Origin: an uncultured Thermoplasmatales archaeon
GTDB lineage: Archaea; Thermoplasmatota; E2; DHVEG-1
NCBI GenBank assembly: GCA_964391625.1
Contig: CAYMMP010000002.1
Span: 1 to 50,855 of the forward strand
Reading direction: 5' to 3'
Length of the DNA stretch: 50,855 bases
In this document: piece by piece, positions 19,612 through 30,001 of the stretch
Position numbering within the stretch: the first letter of the stretch is position 1
How the letters are laid out: the number at the start of each line of letters is the position of its first letter
Position numbers and translations under genes: made by a program
Notes under the pieces: model-generated
Seen by the model: only the letters and a program-made list of their open reading frames with translations
The model's database searches: none
What the model was told of the DNA's origin: nothing

Positions 19612-20724
19612 TTATTGGAGTGGCAACGGTATCTTTTCAACCTCTAGAGCATCTGCTGTTGGGTATTCCTCAACCATAAATGATTGGATGTTTTGTTTCT
19701 CGAGGTTTGAACATATCTTTTCTAATAAAAAAAGTGGCAGTTCAATTCGATTTTTTTCTTTGTTCAAATATATGTATTTTTCATTAACATCAAATTCTTC
19801 CAAGAGTATTTTTTGAATTTCTTTTAACGATTTATCATAAGAGGTTATCATCCCTTTTAAAATAGTACCCTCTTTGGTTATTATTTCATATTCCTTTGCA
19901 ATACTTTTTGCTCGTCGTTTAATTCTATTTCTTAATTGAATTCCATCCTTAAAAGAAGAAGAGCAGTAGTGCACTCCAATTTCTAGATCTTTAGTTAATT
20001 CAATTACTTTAATTGCCGCTTCTTGACTACCTTTTACAGCAGCTGAAATATCATCTTTAACAGTAAAACCTCTTTTTTTAAGCTCTTTGGCATTTGTCTC
20101 AGAAAATTCTAATTCGTTTAAATTAATCCATTTGAGGTTTTGTCCATCTGCCCAATGTATCAAAGAAAAAATATCTTTTTCCATCCCTGGGATTACTGGT
20201 ATTTCTATTGCTACATCAATATCAGTTTCTAGAGCGCTCTTCATTACGTCTCTTATAGGGATTTCATCCATATTTTTCCAATCATTTGGTGGTGGATGGA
20301 ATCTAATCTCATCAAGACCTGCAGAGACTAAATCATCTACGTGCTCAATGTTCTTCAAACCGGAAGTATAGAGATGAATATGAAACTTGGAGCCAAAATG
20401 ACTCTTTAAAAGCGCAATATATTTCTTGGTCCTTTTCCAAACAACTAAAGGATCTCCTCCGGTTATTCCTGCCCCTGTTGCTTTTATGAGTTCAGCCTCT
20501 TTAATTAACTTGTCTGTATCTTTCTCATTTTTAAGTTCCCACTCATCAACAAAAATCTTGTCATTTCCTATTTTTCTCTCGCTTAGCGGACAATAATAGC
20601 ATTTAGATGGACACAAGCCAGTTATCAAAACAACCATCTTTGAGCCTTGTGCACACATCTTACAAGCAGGTGACAAGGGGGCAGTATAACTACTATCATT
20701 AAGCCATTGAACGACTTCTTTCAT
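19612..20724 (-). CDS. Radical SAM protein related to pyruvate formate-lyase activase (uncharacterised archaeal family)
   Basis: It has the CPSKCYYCP CxxxCxxC cluster preceded by CKMCAQGSK, and the length is 370 aa. Confidence 0.65.
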   Translation of the reverse strand: MKEVVQWLNDSSYTAPLSPACKMCAQGSKMVVLITGLCPSKCYYCPLSERKIGNDKIFVDEWELKNEKDTDKLIKEAELIKATGAGITGGDPLVVWKRTKKYIALLKSHFGSKFHIHLYTSGLKNIEHVDDLVSAGLDEIRFHPPPNDWKNMDEIPIRDVMKSALETDIDVAIEIPVIPGMEKDIFSLIHWADGQNLKWINLNELEFSETNAKELKKRGFTVKDDISAAVKGSQEAAIKVIELTKDLEIGVHYCSSSFKDGIQLRNRIKRRAKSIAKEYEIITKEGTILKGMITSYDKSLKEIQKILLEEFDVNEKYIYLNKEKNRIELPLFLLEKICSNLEKQNIQSFMVEEYPTADALEVEKIPLPLQ

Positions 20725-20728
20725 ATCA

Positions 20729-21382
20729 TTATTCCAAACCTTTTTGAGTTATTGTAAAAAATGCCTTTCTCCCTTCAGGGATTGAACGATGTTTGATCAT
20801 TGTTGCTTGTCTTTTTCCGATACCTGTTTTATCCAATCGAATAATTGTTTTAGCCATATGCTCTATCCCTCTACCAGCAAAAGGTTTGATTTCCCCATTT
20901 TCTGCTGTATACACCTGGCCAGAGATTATTACAGGCACTTCCAGTTTTCTTGCCATTAGCTGTAAATCTGTTATTTGTCTATTTAGCAATCTATTCGCAG
21001 TTTTTTCATCCTCTTCCAGCTCAATCCTATGAAACATGTTAAACGTGTCAAGAACAATCAATCCTAAATTATTGAGTTTGCTTATGCCTTTTATGAGCTT
21101 CTCCTGATCTTCCAAAGATGTTGGATTGAGAAATGTTATTTTTGAAAGAATCTTCTTGAAATCGTAATCATGACATATTTGTTTTAAACGCTCAATTGAA
21201 ACGCCTTCACTATCAATAAATGCGACCTTTTTTCCAAGATTTGCACATTCGCGACTAGCCTGTAAACAAAAGTTTGTTTTCCCAGTCCCAGCTTCACCAA
21301 AAACTTCTGTAATTGATTGAAATTCAACTCCCCCATCCAGCAACTGATCCAATGACTGGCATTTTAACCTTAGACGTTTCAT
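20729..21382 (-). CDS. radB: DNA repair and recombination protein RadB
   Basis: It has Walker A GEAGTGKTNFCLQ in a short (217 aa) RecA/RadA-core-only protein. Confidence 0.8.
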   Translation of the reverse strand: MKRLRLKCQSLDQLLDGGVEFQSITEVFGEAGTGKTNFCLQASRECANLGKKVAFIDSEGVSIERLKQICHDYDFKKILSKITFLNPTSLEDQEKLIKGISKLNNLGLIVLDTFNMFHRIELEEDEKTANRLLNRQITDLQLMARKLEVPVIISGQVYTAENGEIKPFAGRGIEHMAKTIIRLDKTGIGKRQATMIKHRSIPEGRKAFFTITQKGLE

Positions 21383-21425
21383 TTGTAAAAGTATGGAGCG
21401 AGATGCCGCATAAATATTTTATGAA

Positions 21426-22910
21426 TTAACGCCACTCGCGCTCAAAAGCATCGTAATCTATTCTTGCCCAGTCATCAATATCAGGGCTTCTTCTCGAACC
21501 ATCAGAGTAGTCAACAAGAGTATATACCCAGCCATAGTTCATACAACTTTTGTAAGGTCTATTTATCCAGTATCCTGGCTGCCATGGATATTGGCTTTGC
21601 TTGTTATGCCCAGGGATAGGATTAAATGCAAAAGTATGACCAAGTTCATGCATATAACCACTGGCATAGATTATGTTTCGATCCAACCAATCATATCTTG
21701 TTAAATCTTCCATTCCTAAGCTTGCTAATTGAAAAGCATTGGAGCGATACATCCAACCTGGAGGGCCATCTACATTATACGTGACTATGCCATAATGGAA
21801 AACGCCTCTTCGCCAGTTATTCTCATCTCCATGTAAGAAATAATCTTCATAGATTTGATCTAGTTCTCCTCTAGTTGATAAATCATCAAATGGTACTCTG
21901 TCATGTCCCCCCATATCTCCATAATCAAGATGAAAAACAACATTTTGTCTATCAAATGCAGTATTAAGCAATTCTTCAGATGCTTCTGGGAAATAAACCT
22001 TCTCACCATTTGGTCCATCTTCCATCATATCTAATTCTACAAACACATCTTTTCTAAAGGGATCTGAAAACCATTGTGATGTTCTATACTCTTCATAATT
22101 GTTGATACTGTCTCCATCTGGATCTATCTCCTCATAGTAGTCATAGATAAATGGATTGTATCCCCACTTGTATTCCCATTCTACAGATGCACCATCACCA
22201 TCTGGATCTCCTTCATCCTTCACTTTGGGATCTGTGTAATAATAGTACTGCTCAGTCCAATATGGAATAGTGTCACCATCAAAATCATTTTGATATATAT
22301 TAAACCAAATCTCGCAGTCGTTATCAGTTTCATATATTGTACCATCATCAGTTCCGCAGAGTCTACCATATCCACTTGGATCTTTTAAACTATCATCGCC
22401 TGTCCAATGCCCTGTTTTTATGCTATATGTAAGTTCAACATCATAATCATCAGGATCTCCACTTATATCACATGGTATACTACTACTATCTTTTAAATCC
22501 CATAATTGAATTTTTATGTCTACAAATTCTTCATCATCTGGCACATTTAATGTTGCACGCCATGTGCCATAAACATATTTTGAATCAGGCCAAACATCAC
22601 TTGTAAATTCTTCACCATTGATGAATACTTTTACATAGAAATTGGGATTCCCATCATCTACTGTGGCCAATCTAAACAATCTATTTAATAAGTTTTTAAT
22701 CAAGGGGATCTTTATAACCGCCTTTGATGACTCGTAAGATTTTTCTAGAGTGTCTTCTAAAAAACGTATAGCTTGTATTTCTACTGTAACAGATACATCA
22801 ACAAGCGGGTCGAGATCTTCATTTGTGCTCTTAATTACTGACGAACTTGCTATAGAGGACAATGGAAGCATTATTACTAAAATCATCAAAACAATTAGTT
22901 TTTTTCTCAT
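21426..22910 (-). CDS. Secreted HExxH zinc-metalloprotease-like protein with DxDxD calcium-binding-type repeats
   Basis: The start is probably MRKKLIVLMILVIMLPLSSIASS (signal peptide). It carries YMHELGHTF (HExxH) and DPDGDGASVEWEY / DPDGDSINNYEEY repeats. Confidence 0.55.
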   Translation of the reverse strand: MRKKLIVLMILVIMLPLSSIASSSVIKSTNEDLDPLVDVSVTVEIQAIRFLEDTLEKSYESSKAVIKIPLIKNLLNRLFRLATVDDGNPNFYVKVFINGEEFTSDVWPDSKYVYGTWRATLNVPDDEEFVDIKIQLWDLKDSSSIPCDISGDPDDYDVELTYSIKTGHWTGDDSLKDPSGYGRLCGTDDGTIYETDNDCEIWFNIYQNDFDGDTIPYWTEQYYYYTDPKVKDEGDPDGDGASVEWEYKWGYNPFIYDYYEEIDPDGDSINNYEEYRTSQWFSDPFRKDVFVELDMMEDGPNGEKVYFPEASEELLNTAFDRQNVVFHLDYGDMGGHDRVPFDDLSTRGELDQIYEDYFLHGDENNWRRGVFHYGIVTYNVDGPPGWMYRSNAFQLASLGMEDLTRYDWLDRNIIYASGYMHELGHTFAFNPIPGHNKQSQYPWQPGYWINRPYKSCMNYGWVYTLVDYSDGSRRSPDIDDWARIDYDAFEREWR

Positions 22911-22964
22911 AAAATTAATCCCCGTTAAGTATGCCATAATACATCCAATATAAATACTCTTTTG

Positions 22965-23885
22965 TTACAATCGCATAATTCTTTTTCTAAGGAGACATGA
23001 TTTACAAAGTTCTTGAGAAGTCGGCTCACCACATAACTTACATTTATTTAATTCAGCAGGTGGGAATTTTTCTAACAAAATGTCTTTTATGGCATCATAG
23101 CTATTTAGAATGCTATGCCGTGTGCCAGGAGTTTTGTATTCTAAATCATCAACTAAGTCTCTAAACGTTCCTCTAAGAGCCCTGATTGAATAAGGGCATT
23201 CTCCATCATAAAAATCTATGTTTTGAAGTATTGCATATAATGTGTTTTCTTTTTCAGGTATGGTCCTCAACGGAAGCATTCTAGGGATCAATCCAGGCTG
23301 TACTCTAGAATGTGGCCCCAATCTTGCTAACTTTTTAAGATCACCGTTGGCAAAGTTCATTAGAATTGATTGCGCCATGTCATCAAGGTTGTGTCCGGTA
23401 GCTAACTTATCTATTTTTAATTCCTTTGCTTTGGTGTTTAAACATAGTCTTCTGAAAACACCACAGTAAGAGCACTCTCCCAGTTCATCATTCTTTGAGG
23501 CGATATCATCCATTGTTATTTCAACTACATCATTAAAAGACACAATGTGATGTTCCACATCAAGCCTATCACAAATTTTCTTTGCATATTTTATGCTTTT
23601 ATCCCTGTAGTTTTTTATTCCCTCATCTACTGTGATTCCAATCAATTCAATATCTTTTCTTTTTGAAAAGATATTATTTAAAATATATAACGCAACAATA
23701 CTATCTTTACCGCCTGATATCGCCACACCGATTTTAGTTTGAGTTTTAATCTTTCCTTGCTTCTTGATATCTTTTTTTACTCTTTTTTCAAAATATTCTA
23801 TAAAATGGTCCTTGCAGAGATGTGTGCCATTGTAACGAATAAATGTTACTGCAGGTTTCTTGCATTTGCTACAAGTTTTTGACAT
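22965..23885 (-). CDS. TtuA/Ncs6-type tRNA 2-thiolation PP-loop ATPase
   Basis: It has N-terminal CSKCKK...HLCKDH and C-terminal CKLCGEP...CKSC zinc fingers, the PP-loop AISGGKDS, and GHNLDD. Confidence 0.75.
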   Translation of the reverse strand: MSKTCSKCKKPAVTFIRYNGTHLCKDHFIEYFEKRVKKDIKKQGKIKTQTKIGVAISGGKDSIVALYILNNIFSKRKDIELIGITVDEGIKNYRDKSIKYAKKICDRLDVEHHIVSFNDVVEITMDDIASKNDELGECSYCGVFRRLCLNTKAKELKIDKLATGHNLDDMAQSILMNFANGDLKKLARLGPHSRVQPGLIPRMLPLRTIPEKENTLYAILQNIDFYDGECPYSIRALRGTFRDLVDDLEYKTPGTRHSILNSYDAIKDILLEKFPPAELNKCKLCGEPTSQELCKSCLLRKRIMRL

Positions 23886-23927
23886 TTCAGAAAAAGTGGA
23901 ATAAGTTTTAGATAAAATAGTTATTGA

Positions 23928-25559
23928 TTAGAGTTGATCTGCCCAAAGTTCGAATGCAATAATTGGATGTTCTAGTTCAAAATTGGTAATTGTTTTTGGA
24001 TGTAGTTCTCCAAAATATCCAATTTCTTTATTATCTATTTGAATCTTTGCACATCTTCCTTTGATAAATCCTGAATGTTCTTTAGCTTTAATTTGATAGG
24101 TTTTCCCCAACTCTCTTAAAACCGCTTCTGCGTATGATTTGCATTCAGTAAAGTTAGCCTTTGCATCTATCTTTACAAAACCCAGATGATGTCTATTTTT
24201 GAATGCTTTATCAACAACTATTCCTAATTCAAATATCTGTTGAGGTAAAGAATGGTGCCTGTTTTCGTTCAATATCTTTAAAAGCGATGGTATTAATCCT
24301 ACTCTTAAGCATGTGTAATCCTCAGCAATCGGGTTTTCTATCTGTACTCTATCACCTAGTTTTAATCCTATTTTATTAAATTCATCTCTTTCATTAGAAA
24401 TTGTAAATGTTGTGACTTCATTAAATCCCAATCCAATCATTGTAGTTCTTAAAACATCGTATAATTTGGTTTTTGGAATCTCTTTTCCAAATGTCAAGGC
24501 ACTTGGAAATTCTACATCAAATTTATCAAAACCATATCCAACTGCAACGTCTTCAACTAGATCAATTTCATGTAGAATATCTGCTCTCCACGCCGGTATT
24601 TCAACGTCTAGGGTGTCTTTTTTACTAGATGTAGCATTAAACCCCATTCTCTTTAAACATATTATTATTTGTTTTTCGTTCATTTTTGTGCCAAGTATTT
24701 TGTTTACATAAGACGTCTTGAGTTCTCTTTTTGTTGGTTTTAAATTTGGTGTTGTACATGTTTTGCTGCCATCTTTTACAGTAGTCGTATATATCTGTCC
24801 TCCCCTCTCCGCCAATGCTGTTACAATTATGTTTAATGCATAATTGATTGCCTTTTGGTCAGTTCCAGTAACATCTATAAAAAGATCTGTTGTAAATGGT
24901 GTAACCTCAGTTAATGTACCATTTATAATTGGAGGATATGAAAGAACATTATTGTTTTTATCAACAATTAATGGATGTTTATCAAATCCCTCTAAAACAA
25001 AGGCATAATCTACACCTTTTTCGTGTTTTTTTAGGATTTCTGCCATTGTCATTGATTCGACTTTGTTTAGTGGTACAAATTGAACGCTGTTTGGATCTAC
25101 TGCCCTGTAAGTGAATGGCGGCTCCACTGGTTCAAAATTATGTACACCAATAGCTACTTTTTTCCTATTTCTTCCGATTCCAAGATGTAGTTTTTCTTGT
25201 AATTCCATTAATGATGAAATTAACTCATCAGTCATTGTAACATTTTTTACTAAAGCTGTCACAACATAAGGTCTAACTTTTTTTACAGACGGTTCTACAT
25301 TTATCATTACATCTGATTTTTTGATATCGTACTTTTGTAATCCTGTTTTGAAATCAAAAAAAGTTCTAGAAGCTCTTGCAATCCCTTCAACACTTGTAAG
25401 ATCTGGTCGATCTGGAAAAAATTCTATACTAATTTCATCATCTTCCACTTTGTCTAGGTCGGCTCCAATCATGGGTAGTTTTTCTACCAATTCATTTTTT
25501 GGAATCTTGTATCCAAGAATATTTATGAAATCGTTATAATCAAATGTTACAATCGGCAT
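23928..25559 (-). CDS. pheT: Phenylalanine--tRNA ligase beta subunit
   Basis: It has the archaeal PheT architecture and length. I chose the start at ATG 25559 (MPIVTFDYNDF...), a typical PheT N-terminus; the track start at 25616 adds 19 atypical residues. Confidence 0.85.
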   Translation of the reverse strand: MPIVTFDYNDFINILGYKIPKNELVEKLPMIGADLDKVEDDEISIEFFPDRPDLTSVEGIARASRTFFDFKTGLQKYDIKKSDVMINVEPSVKKVRPYVVTALVKNVTMTDELISSLMELQEKLHLGIGRNRKKVAIGVHNFEPVEPPFTYRAVDPNSVQFVPLNKVESMTMAEILKKHEKGVDYAFVLEGFDKHPLIVDKNNNVLSYPPIINGTLTEVTPFTTDLFIDVTGTDQKAINYALNIIVTALAERGGQIYTTTVKDGSKTCTTPNLKPTKRELKTSYVNKILGTKMNEKQIIICLKRMGFNATSSKKDTLDVEIPAWRADILHEIDLVEDVAVGYGFDKFDVEFPSALTFGKEIPKTKLYDVLRTTMIGLGFNEVTTFTISNERDEFNKIGLKLGDRVQIENPIAEDYTCLRVGLIPSLLKILNENRHHSLPQQIFELGIVVDKAFKNRHHLGFVKIDAKANFTECKSYAEAVLRELGKTYQIKAKEHSGFIKGRCAKIQIDNKEIGYFGELHPKTITNFELEHPIIAFELWADQL

Positions 25560-25656
25560 AATAAGGGTGAAATAGGTTTTTGGTATAAATATCTTATAAC
25601 AACATTTTATCGTCAAAAAGATTATTAGAACATTTTTATTTTAGGGAGCTAGGGAA

Positions 25657-26304
25657 ATGAGTAAATACAAACTAGTTCTATTCGATATGGACGGCACCTT
25701 GCTTCGAGACAGAGGCATATTTGTAATTGCAAAAAAGTTAGGATTTTATGATAAATTACTTGAAATGTTCAAATACAATGGAATAGATTTTTATCAAAAA
25801 AGTATCGAAATTGCTACACTTTCAAAGGGATTTAGCACAAAGGAATACCTTGAAATATTTAGACAAGTTCCATACAGTAAAAATGCAGAAAGAGTGATCA
25901 ACGAGCTTAAAAATAAAAATATCAAAACAGCAATTGTTACAGACAGTTATCAGATACTGGCAGATGATTTAAAGGAGCGTTTAGGAATAGACTATGCATT
26001 TGCCAATAATCTTATAACAAATGACGGTATTATTACGGGCGAATTAGAACTTCACAACAAAGAATTAAAAAAGGACTTTTTCAGTGGACGAATCTATTCC
26101 ATCTGTAAAAGCTGCGTTCTAGAGCAACTCTGCGATAAATTAAACATCTCAACAGACGAAACTATTGCTGTTGGCGATGGACGAGTAGATGTCGGGATGA
26201 TCAAAAAAGCAGGACTTGGAATTGCTTACAGAGCTCCCACGGATGTTCAGAAACAAGCAGATGTTGCCACAGATAATCTAGATATAATACTTGAATATGT
26301 TTAG
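25657..26304 (+). CDS. HAD-superfamily phosphatase (SerB-like subfamily IB)
   Basis: It has motif I LVLFDMDGTL, motif II IVTDS and motif IV VGDGRVDVGMI. Confidence 0.75.
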   Translation: MSKYKLVLFDMDGTLLRDRGIFVIAKKLGFYDKLLEMFKYNGIDFYQKSIEIATLSKGFSTKEYLEIFRQVPYSKNAERVINELKNKNIKTAIVTDSYQILADDLKERLGIDYAFANNLITNDGIITGELELHNKELKKDFFSGRIYSICKSCVLEQLCDKLNISTDETIAVGDGRVDVGMIKKAGLGIAYRAPTDVQKQADVATDNLDIILEYV

Positions 26305-26324
26305 AGTAGTTAGGAGGAGGTAGT

Positions 26325-27524
26325 ATGGATATAAAACAAGATGAAATAACAACACTTCATGATATGTGTATTAATAAAAAGAAATTGATAAATGCAGTTA
26401 GAGAAGCCACAGTTGAACGACCTGCTTCTGTAATAATGCCCATGCTCTATAAAGAGATAAAAGGCGATGCACTTTCAAATATTGTGAAAGGTTTAAACAA
26501 ATGTGATTATCTCTCACAGGTTGTAATACCTTTAGCGGCTGATAACGAACAACAGTTTCTTGAAGTGAAAAGATTTTTTAGAAAATTGGAAACGCCAAAT
26601 TATATTATGTGGTGCAATGGGCCTAAAATTGAAAAATTACTAAAAAGTCTAAAAAGTGGTGGACTTAATCTTTTAAAATATCGTGGTAAAGGAAGAGATG
26701 TATGGCTTGCAATGGGAATCGCTAGTATAAATTCATATGCAATAGCATTGCATGATGCAGATATAAAAATGTATGATGAACTGATACCAGCAAAACTTTT
26801 GTATCCGATTATAGAACCAGAACTTGATTTCAAATTCAATAAAGGGTATTATGCAAGAGTGGATATGAACAGAGGCGTTATCTACGGTCGTGTTTTTAGA
26901 TTATTCCTAGATCCTCTTCTAAGAGCATTAGTAGATCTGATTGGAAAAGAAACAGATTTTGTTAGATTTTTAAGATCTTTTAGATATCCAATCTCAGGAG
27001 AATTTGCACTTACATCTGATCTTGCAAGAGATGTCGACTTACCAGGAGATTGGGGACTTGAAATAGGAATAATGGCTGAGATGTATAGAAACGTCGCTCG
27101 AAAAACTATCTGTCAAACAGATCTAGGTTTCTATGACCACAAACATCAACCAATAGGTTCAGAAGACAAAGGACTAACAAAAATGACAAGAGATATATTA
27201 AAAACATTGCTTAGGATTTTAATCGAAGAAGGAAGTTTTAAAGTCTCAAGAGAAACGTTAATCTCATTAAGAGTGTTGTATGTAAAAAACGCTAGGGACA
27301 GCATAAGAAAATACCATGCAGATGCACATTACAACAATTTACGATACGATAGGCATAAAGAAGAAAGCATGGTGGAAAGATTTAGCCAACAATTAATGAA
27401 TGCAGGAATAAGTTACATGCGTAAACCAGTCGGAACGCGCATACCTGATTGGTTGAGAACGTTGTCAGCAAGAAGAAAAATTCGGGAACAGCTTTTAGAT
27501 ATCGTAATCGCAGATAATAAATAA
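26325..27524 (+). CDS. GT-A glycosyltransferase resembling glucosyl/mannosyl-3-phosphoglycerate synthases
   Basis: YRGKGRDVWLAMGIA...AIALHDADIKMY (a GKG block plus DxD) and GDWGLEIGIMAEMY resemble GpgS-type enzymes from memory. Confidence 0.5.
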   Translation: MDIKQDEITTLHDMCINKKKLINAVREATVERPASVIMPMLYKEIKGDALSNIVKGLNKCDYLSQVVIPLAADNEQQFLEVKRFFRKLETPNYIMWCNGPKIEKLLKSLKSGGLNLLKYRGKGRDVWLAMGIASINSYAIALHDADIKMYDELIPAKLLYPIIEPELDFKFNKGYYARVDMNRGVIYGRVFRLFLDPLLRALVDLIGKETDFVRFLRSFRYPISGEFALTSDLARDVDLPGDWGLEIGIMAEMYRNVARKTICQTDLGFYDHKHQPIGSEDKGLTKMTRDILKTLLRILIEEGSFKVSRETLISLRVLYVKNARDSIRKYHADAHYNNLRYDRHKEESMVERFSQQLMNAGISYMRKPVGTRIPDWLRTLSARRKIREQLLDIVIADNK

Positions 27525-27560
27525 CATAAAAACATTCATGGTTTTTGAGGATGGAATGGG

Positions 27561-28799
27561 ATGAATCAGGGTTGGAACAAAAATGCTAGCTTGGATCCTG
27601 AAGTAATTAAAAAAAGCAAAGAAATTAAGCCTATTGACATAATGGTTGGCGTTCTCTGCAAAAATGTTGAACCCACCGTTTTGAATGTTTTAAATGTCAT
27701 AAACGAAGGATTGTATCGTTATTTTCCAGATTATAAAAAAGCAATTGTCATAAGCCGTGCTGAATCCACAGACAATACTGATGGAGCAATACGTCTTTTT
27801 CAACCCTACAACAGCATACATAAAATTGTAACAAAAGATATGATAAATGAAGGCAAAGGTGCTGGTGTGATGACTATCTTTGAAATTGCACATTATGCTG
27901 GTGCAAAGTGTGTTGTACTTATGGATGGGGATCTTCTAAGTGTTAAGCCAGGTTGGATTCAGACAATTGCCAGTCCAATCATTTATGGTCGTGCAGATCT
28001 AACAGTACCATATTACATCAGACACAAATATGATGGTGTGATAACAAACAACCTTGTTTATCCATTTACAAGAGCACTCTATGGGATAGATATCAGACAG
28101 CCAATAGCAGGGGAATATGCCATATCAAAAAATCTTTATGAACTCTTAAGACAACATCCTTTGTTTCCACCCGATTTTGGTGTGGATATATTTATTTTAA
28201 CAGTTGCAGCAGCAGAAGGATTATATGTAAAAGAAGGATTGTTTTCACTTAAGATACATGAATCTACAACACGTTATCTGGAACCTGAAAAGTTTTTAAT
28301 CCCAATGTTTAGAAAGGTAATAGGAAGTATGTTTGAACTTGCAAAATACTATGAAGATTATTGGAAGAGTAAACCTGTTTTATGGCACTCCAAATTTTAT
28401 CGTGAATGCTTCAGTCAGAAACCTATCCCTGTGCTTATCGATATAGAAAAAATGAAAAAAACATTCAAAGATGAATTTCTTGCCTCGAAAAATACAATAA
28501 AACAGTTTTTACCAGAAAGCATTGTAAAGGAGCTTGAAAAAATTGTTAGCAATGGTTCTAGCTTTGATTCGGATTTCTGGGTAGAGGTTGTGTACAACTA
28601 TGCCTCAGCATGGAAAAATCAGAAAACAGAGTCTGAAAAATATCTTCTTATCGACACTCTAAAGACTCTCTGGATAGGGAGATTCGTAGCTTATGCAAAC
28701 GAAGTAGAAAAAATGGATATGAATGATGCAGAGAGGGTTATACAAAAACAGGCAGAGCTCTTTGAAGAGAAATTTGATTACCTTCGATCAATTTACTAG
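27561..28799 (+). CDS. GT-A (family 2-like) glycosyltransferase
   Basis: IDIMVGVLCKN...EGKGAGVMTIFEIA...VVLMDGDL (DxD) is present, and the gene lies 36 bp downstream of the previous GT. Confidence 0.5.
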   Translation: MNQGWNKNASLDPEVIKKSKEIKPIDIMVGVLCKNVEPTVLNVLNVINEGLYRYFPDYKKAIVISRAESTDNTDGAIRLFQPYNSIHKIVTKDMINEGKGAGVMTIFEIAHYAGAKCVVLMDGDLLSVKPGWIQTIASPIIYGRADLTVPYYIRHKYDGVITNNLVYPFTRALYGIDIRQPIAGEYAISKNLYELLRQHPLFPPDFGVDIFILTVAAAEGLYVKEGLFSLKIHESTTRYLEPEKFLIPMFRKVIGSMFELAKYYEDYWKSKPVLWHSKFYRECFSQKPIPVLIDIEKMKKTFKDEFLASKNTIKQFLPESIVKELEKIVSNGSSFDSDFWVEVVYNYASAWKNQKTESEKYLLIDTLKTLWIGRFVAYANEVEKMDMNDAERVIQKQAELFEEKFDYLRSIY

Positions 28800-28804
28800 T
28801 CTAT

Positions 28805-29293
28805 CTACGAAAATGTCAAAGATATCCAATAACCCATGTAGTGTGCAACTATTATCACGACAATGGCAATAGAAAGATGCTCAAGTACGACATTCCAAGT
28901 TTTTCCCTTTTGATCCTTACCTATATGGTAGCTAAGTATTCCCAATAGAAGCAAACCCCAACAAACACTTACAATAATTGCAGTTCTTAGTTGCAATAAT
29001 AAAACAGGAATAACAAATGAAGAGGCCATAATAAACTTACAGAAAAATGTTGATAAAGTTGATTCCCAAATCTCTTTGGATGTATGTTTATTTTCAGACT
29101 CTTCGGATACATGAATGCCCAATGAGTCTGAAAAAGCATCAGCTATTGCTATCGTCAATATACCTCCAATAACAACAATTTTAGAATTGGTTCCAGAATT
29201 TAATCCAATCATCAAACCAAGCGTAGTAATAATTCCAGAGGTTAATCCAAAGTTTAATCCTACTTTAATGGAATGTCTCATAAATGCTATCAA
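28805..29293 (-). CDS. VIT1/CCC1-like integral membrane protein
   Basis: It has 4-5 TM helices. LNFGLTSGIITTLGLMIGL and IAIADAFSDSLGIHVSEESE resemble the VIT family pattern, but the match is weak. Confidence 0.4.
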   Translation of the reverse strand: MIAFMRHSIKVGLNFGLTSGIITTLGLMIGLNSGTNSKIVVIGGILTIAIADAFSDSLGIHVSEESENKHTSKEIWESTLSTFFCKFIMASSFVIPVLLLQLRTAIIVSVCWGLLLLGILSYHIGKDQKGKTWNVVLEHLSIAIVVIIVAHYMGYWISLTFS

Positions 29294-29377
29294 TTAATAT
29301 CTGCTAATTAATTTTTGGGAATATTTTTTAAATTAAGAATCTTTTAAAAACAGAAAAAAGATGTCTGGAGGAACACT

Positions 29378-29983
29378 ATGAAGATACTTGCAACAGCAGA
29401 TATACACGGGTCACAGTTTAGGTTGAATATTCTGCTAAAAAATATTGAAAAGTATTCTCCAGATCTTGCAATAATCTGTGGCGATATAACTCAATTTGGT
29501 CCTGCAGAGTTAGCCAAGAACTTTTTAGATCAGATCCCAATAGAAACGCTTGCAGTTACAGGCAATATTGACACTAAAGAAGTTATAACGGGAATAGACA
29601 AAAGTAAAGCAACAAATATAGAAGCAAAAAGAGTTGTAAAGAAAGGGATTCCTTTTGTTGGGCTAAATGGAGTTGAAATTGAGCAAATCGAATTTATAGA
29701 TGATAAAAAATTAATTGATGAAAAAACCATACTAGTGACACATGTGCCACCATACGGATTTCAAGATAGAGTTTTTATAGGCATGCATGGTGGCAATAAA
29801 GAATTAAGGGAGTTAGTAGACAAATACAAACCTCGACTTGTTTTATGCGGGCATATACATGAAGATCCAGGTTTTACTAAAAATAAAAATACCATTATTG
29901 TAAATTGTAGCATGGGTAAAAGAGGGGAAGGAGCATTAATAGATATCGGAAAAGAAATACATATCAAAATGCTAGATGAATAA
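29378..29983 (+). CDS. Calcineurin-like metallophosphoesterase
   Basis: Motifs ADIHG, CGDITQFG, GNID, THVPP and CGHIHE are present. Confidence 0.8.
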   Translation: MKILATADIHGSQFRLNILLKNIEKYSPDLAIICGDITQFGPAELAKNFLDQIPIETLAVTGNIDTKEVITGIDKSKATNIEAKRVVKKGIPFVGLNGVEIEQIEFIDDKKLIDEKTILVTHVPPYGFQDRVFIGMHGGNKELRELVDKYKPRLVLCGHIHEDPGFTKNKNTIIVNCSMGKRGEGALIDIGKEIHIKMLDE

Positions 29984-30001
29984 ATGAAGAGAAAAAGAAG
30001 A

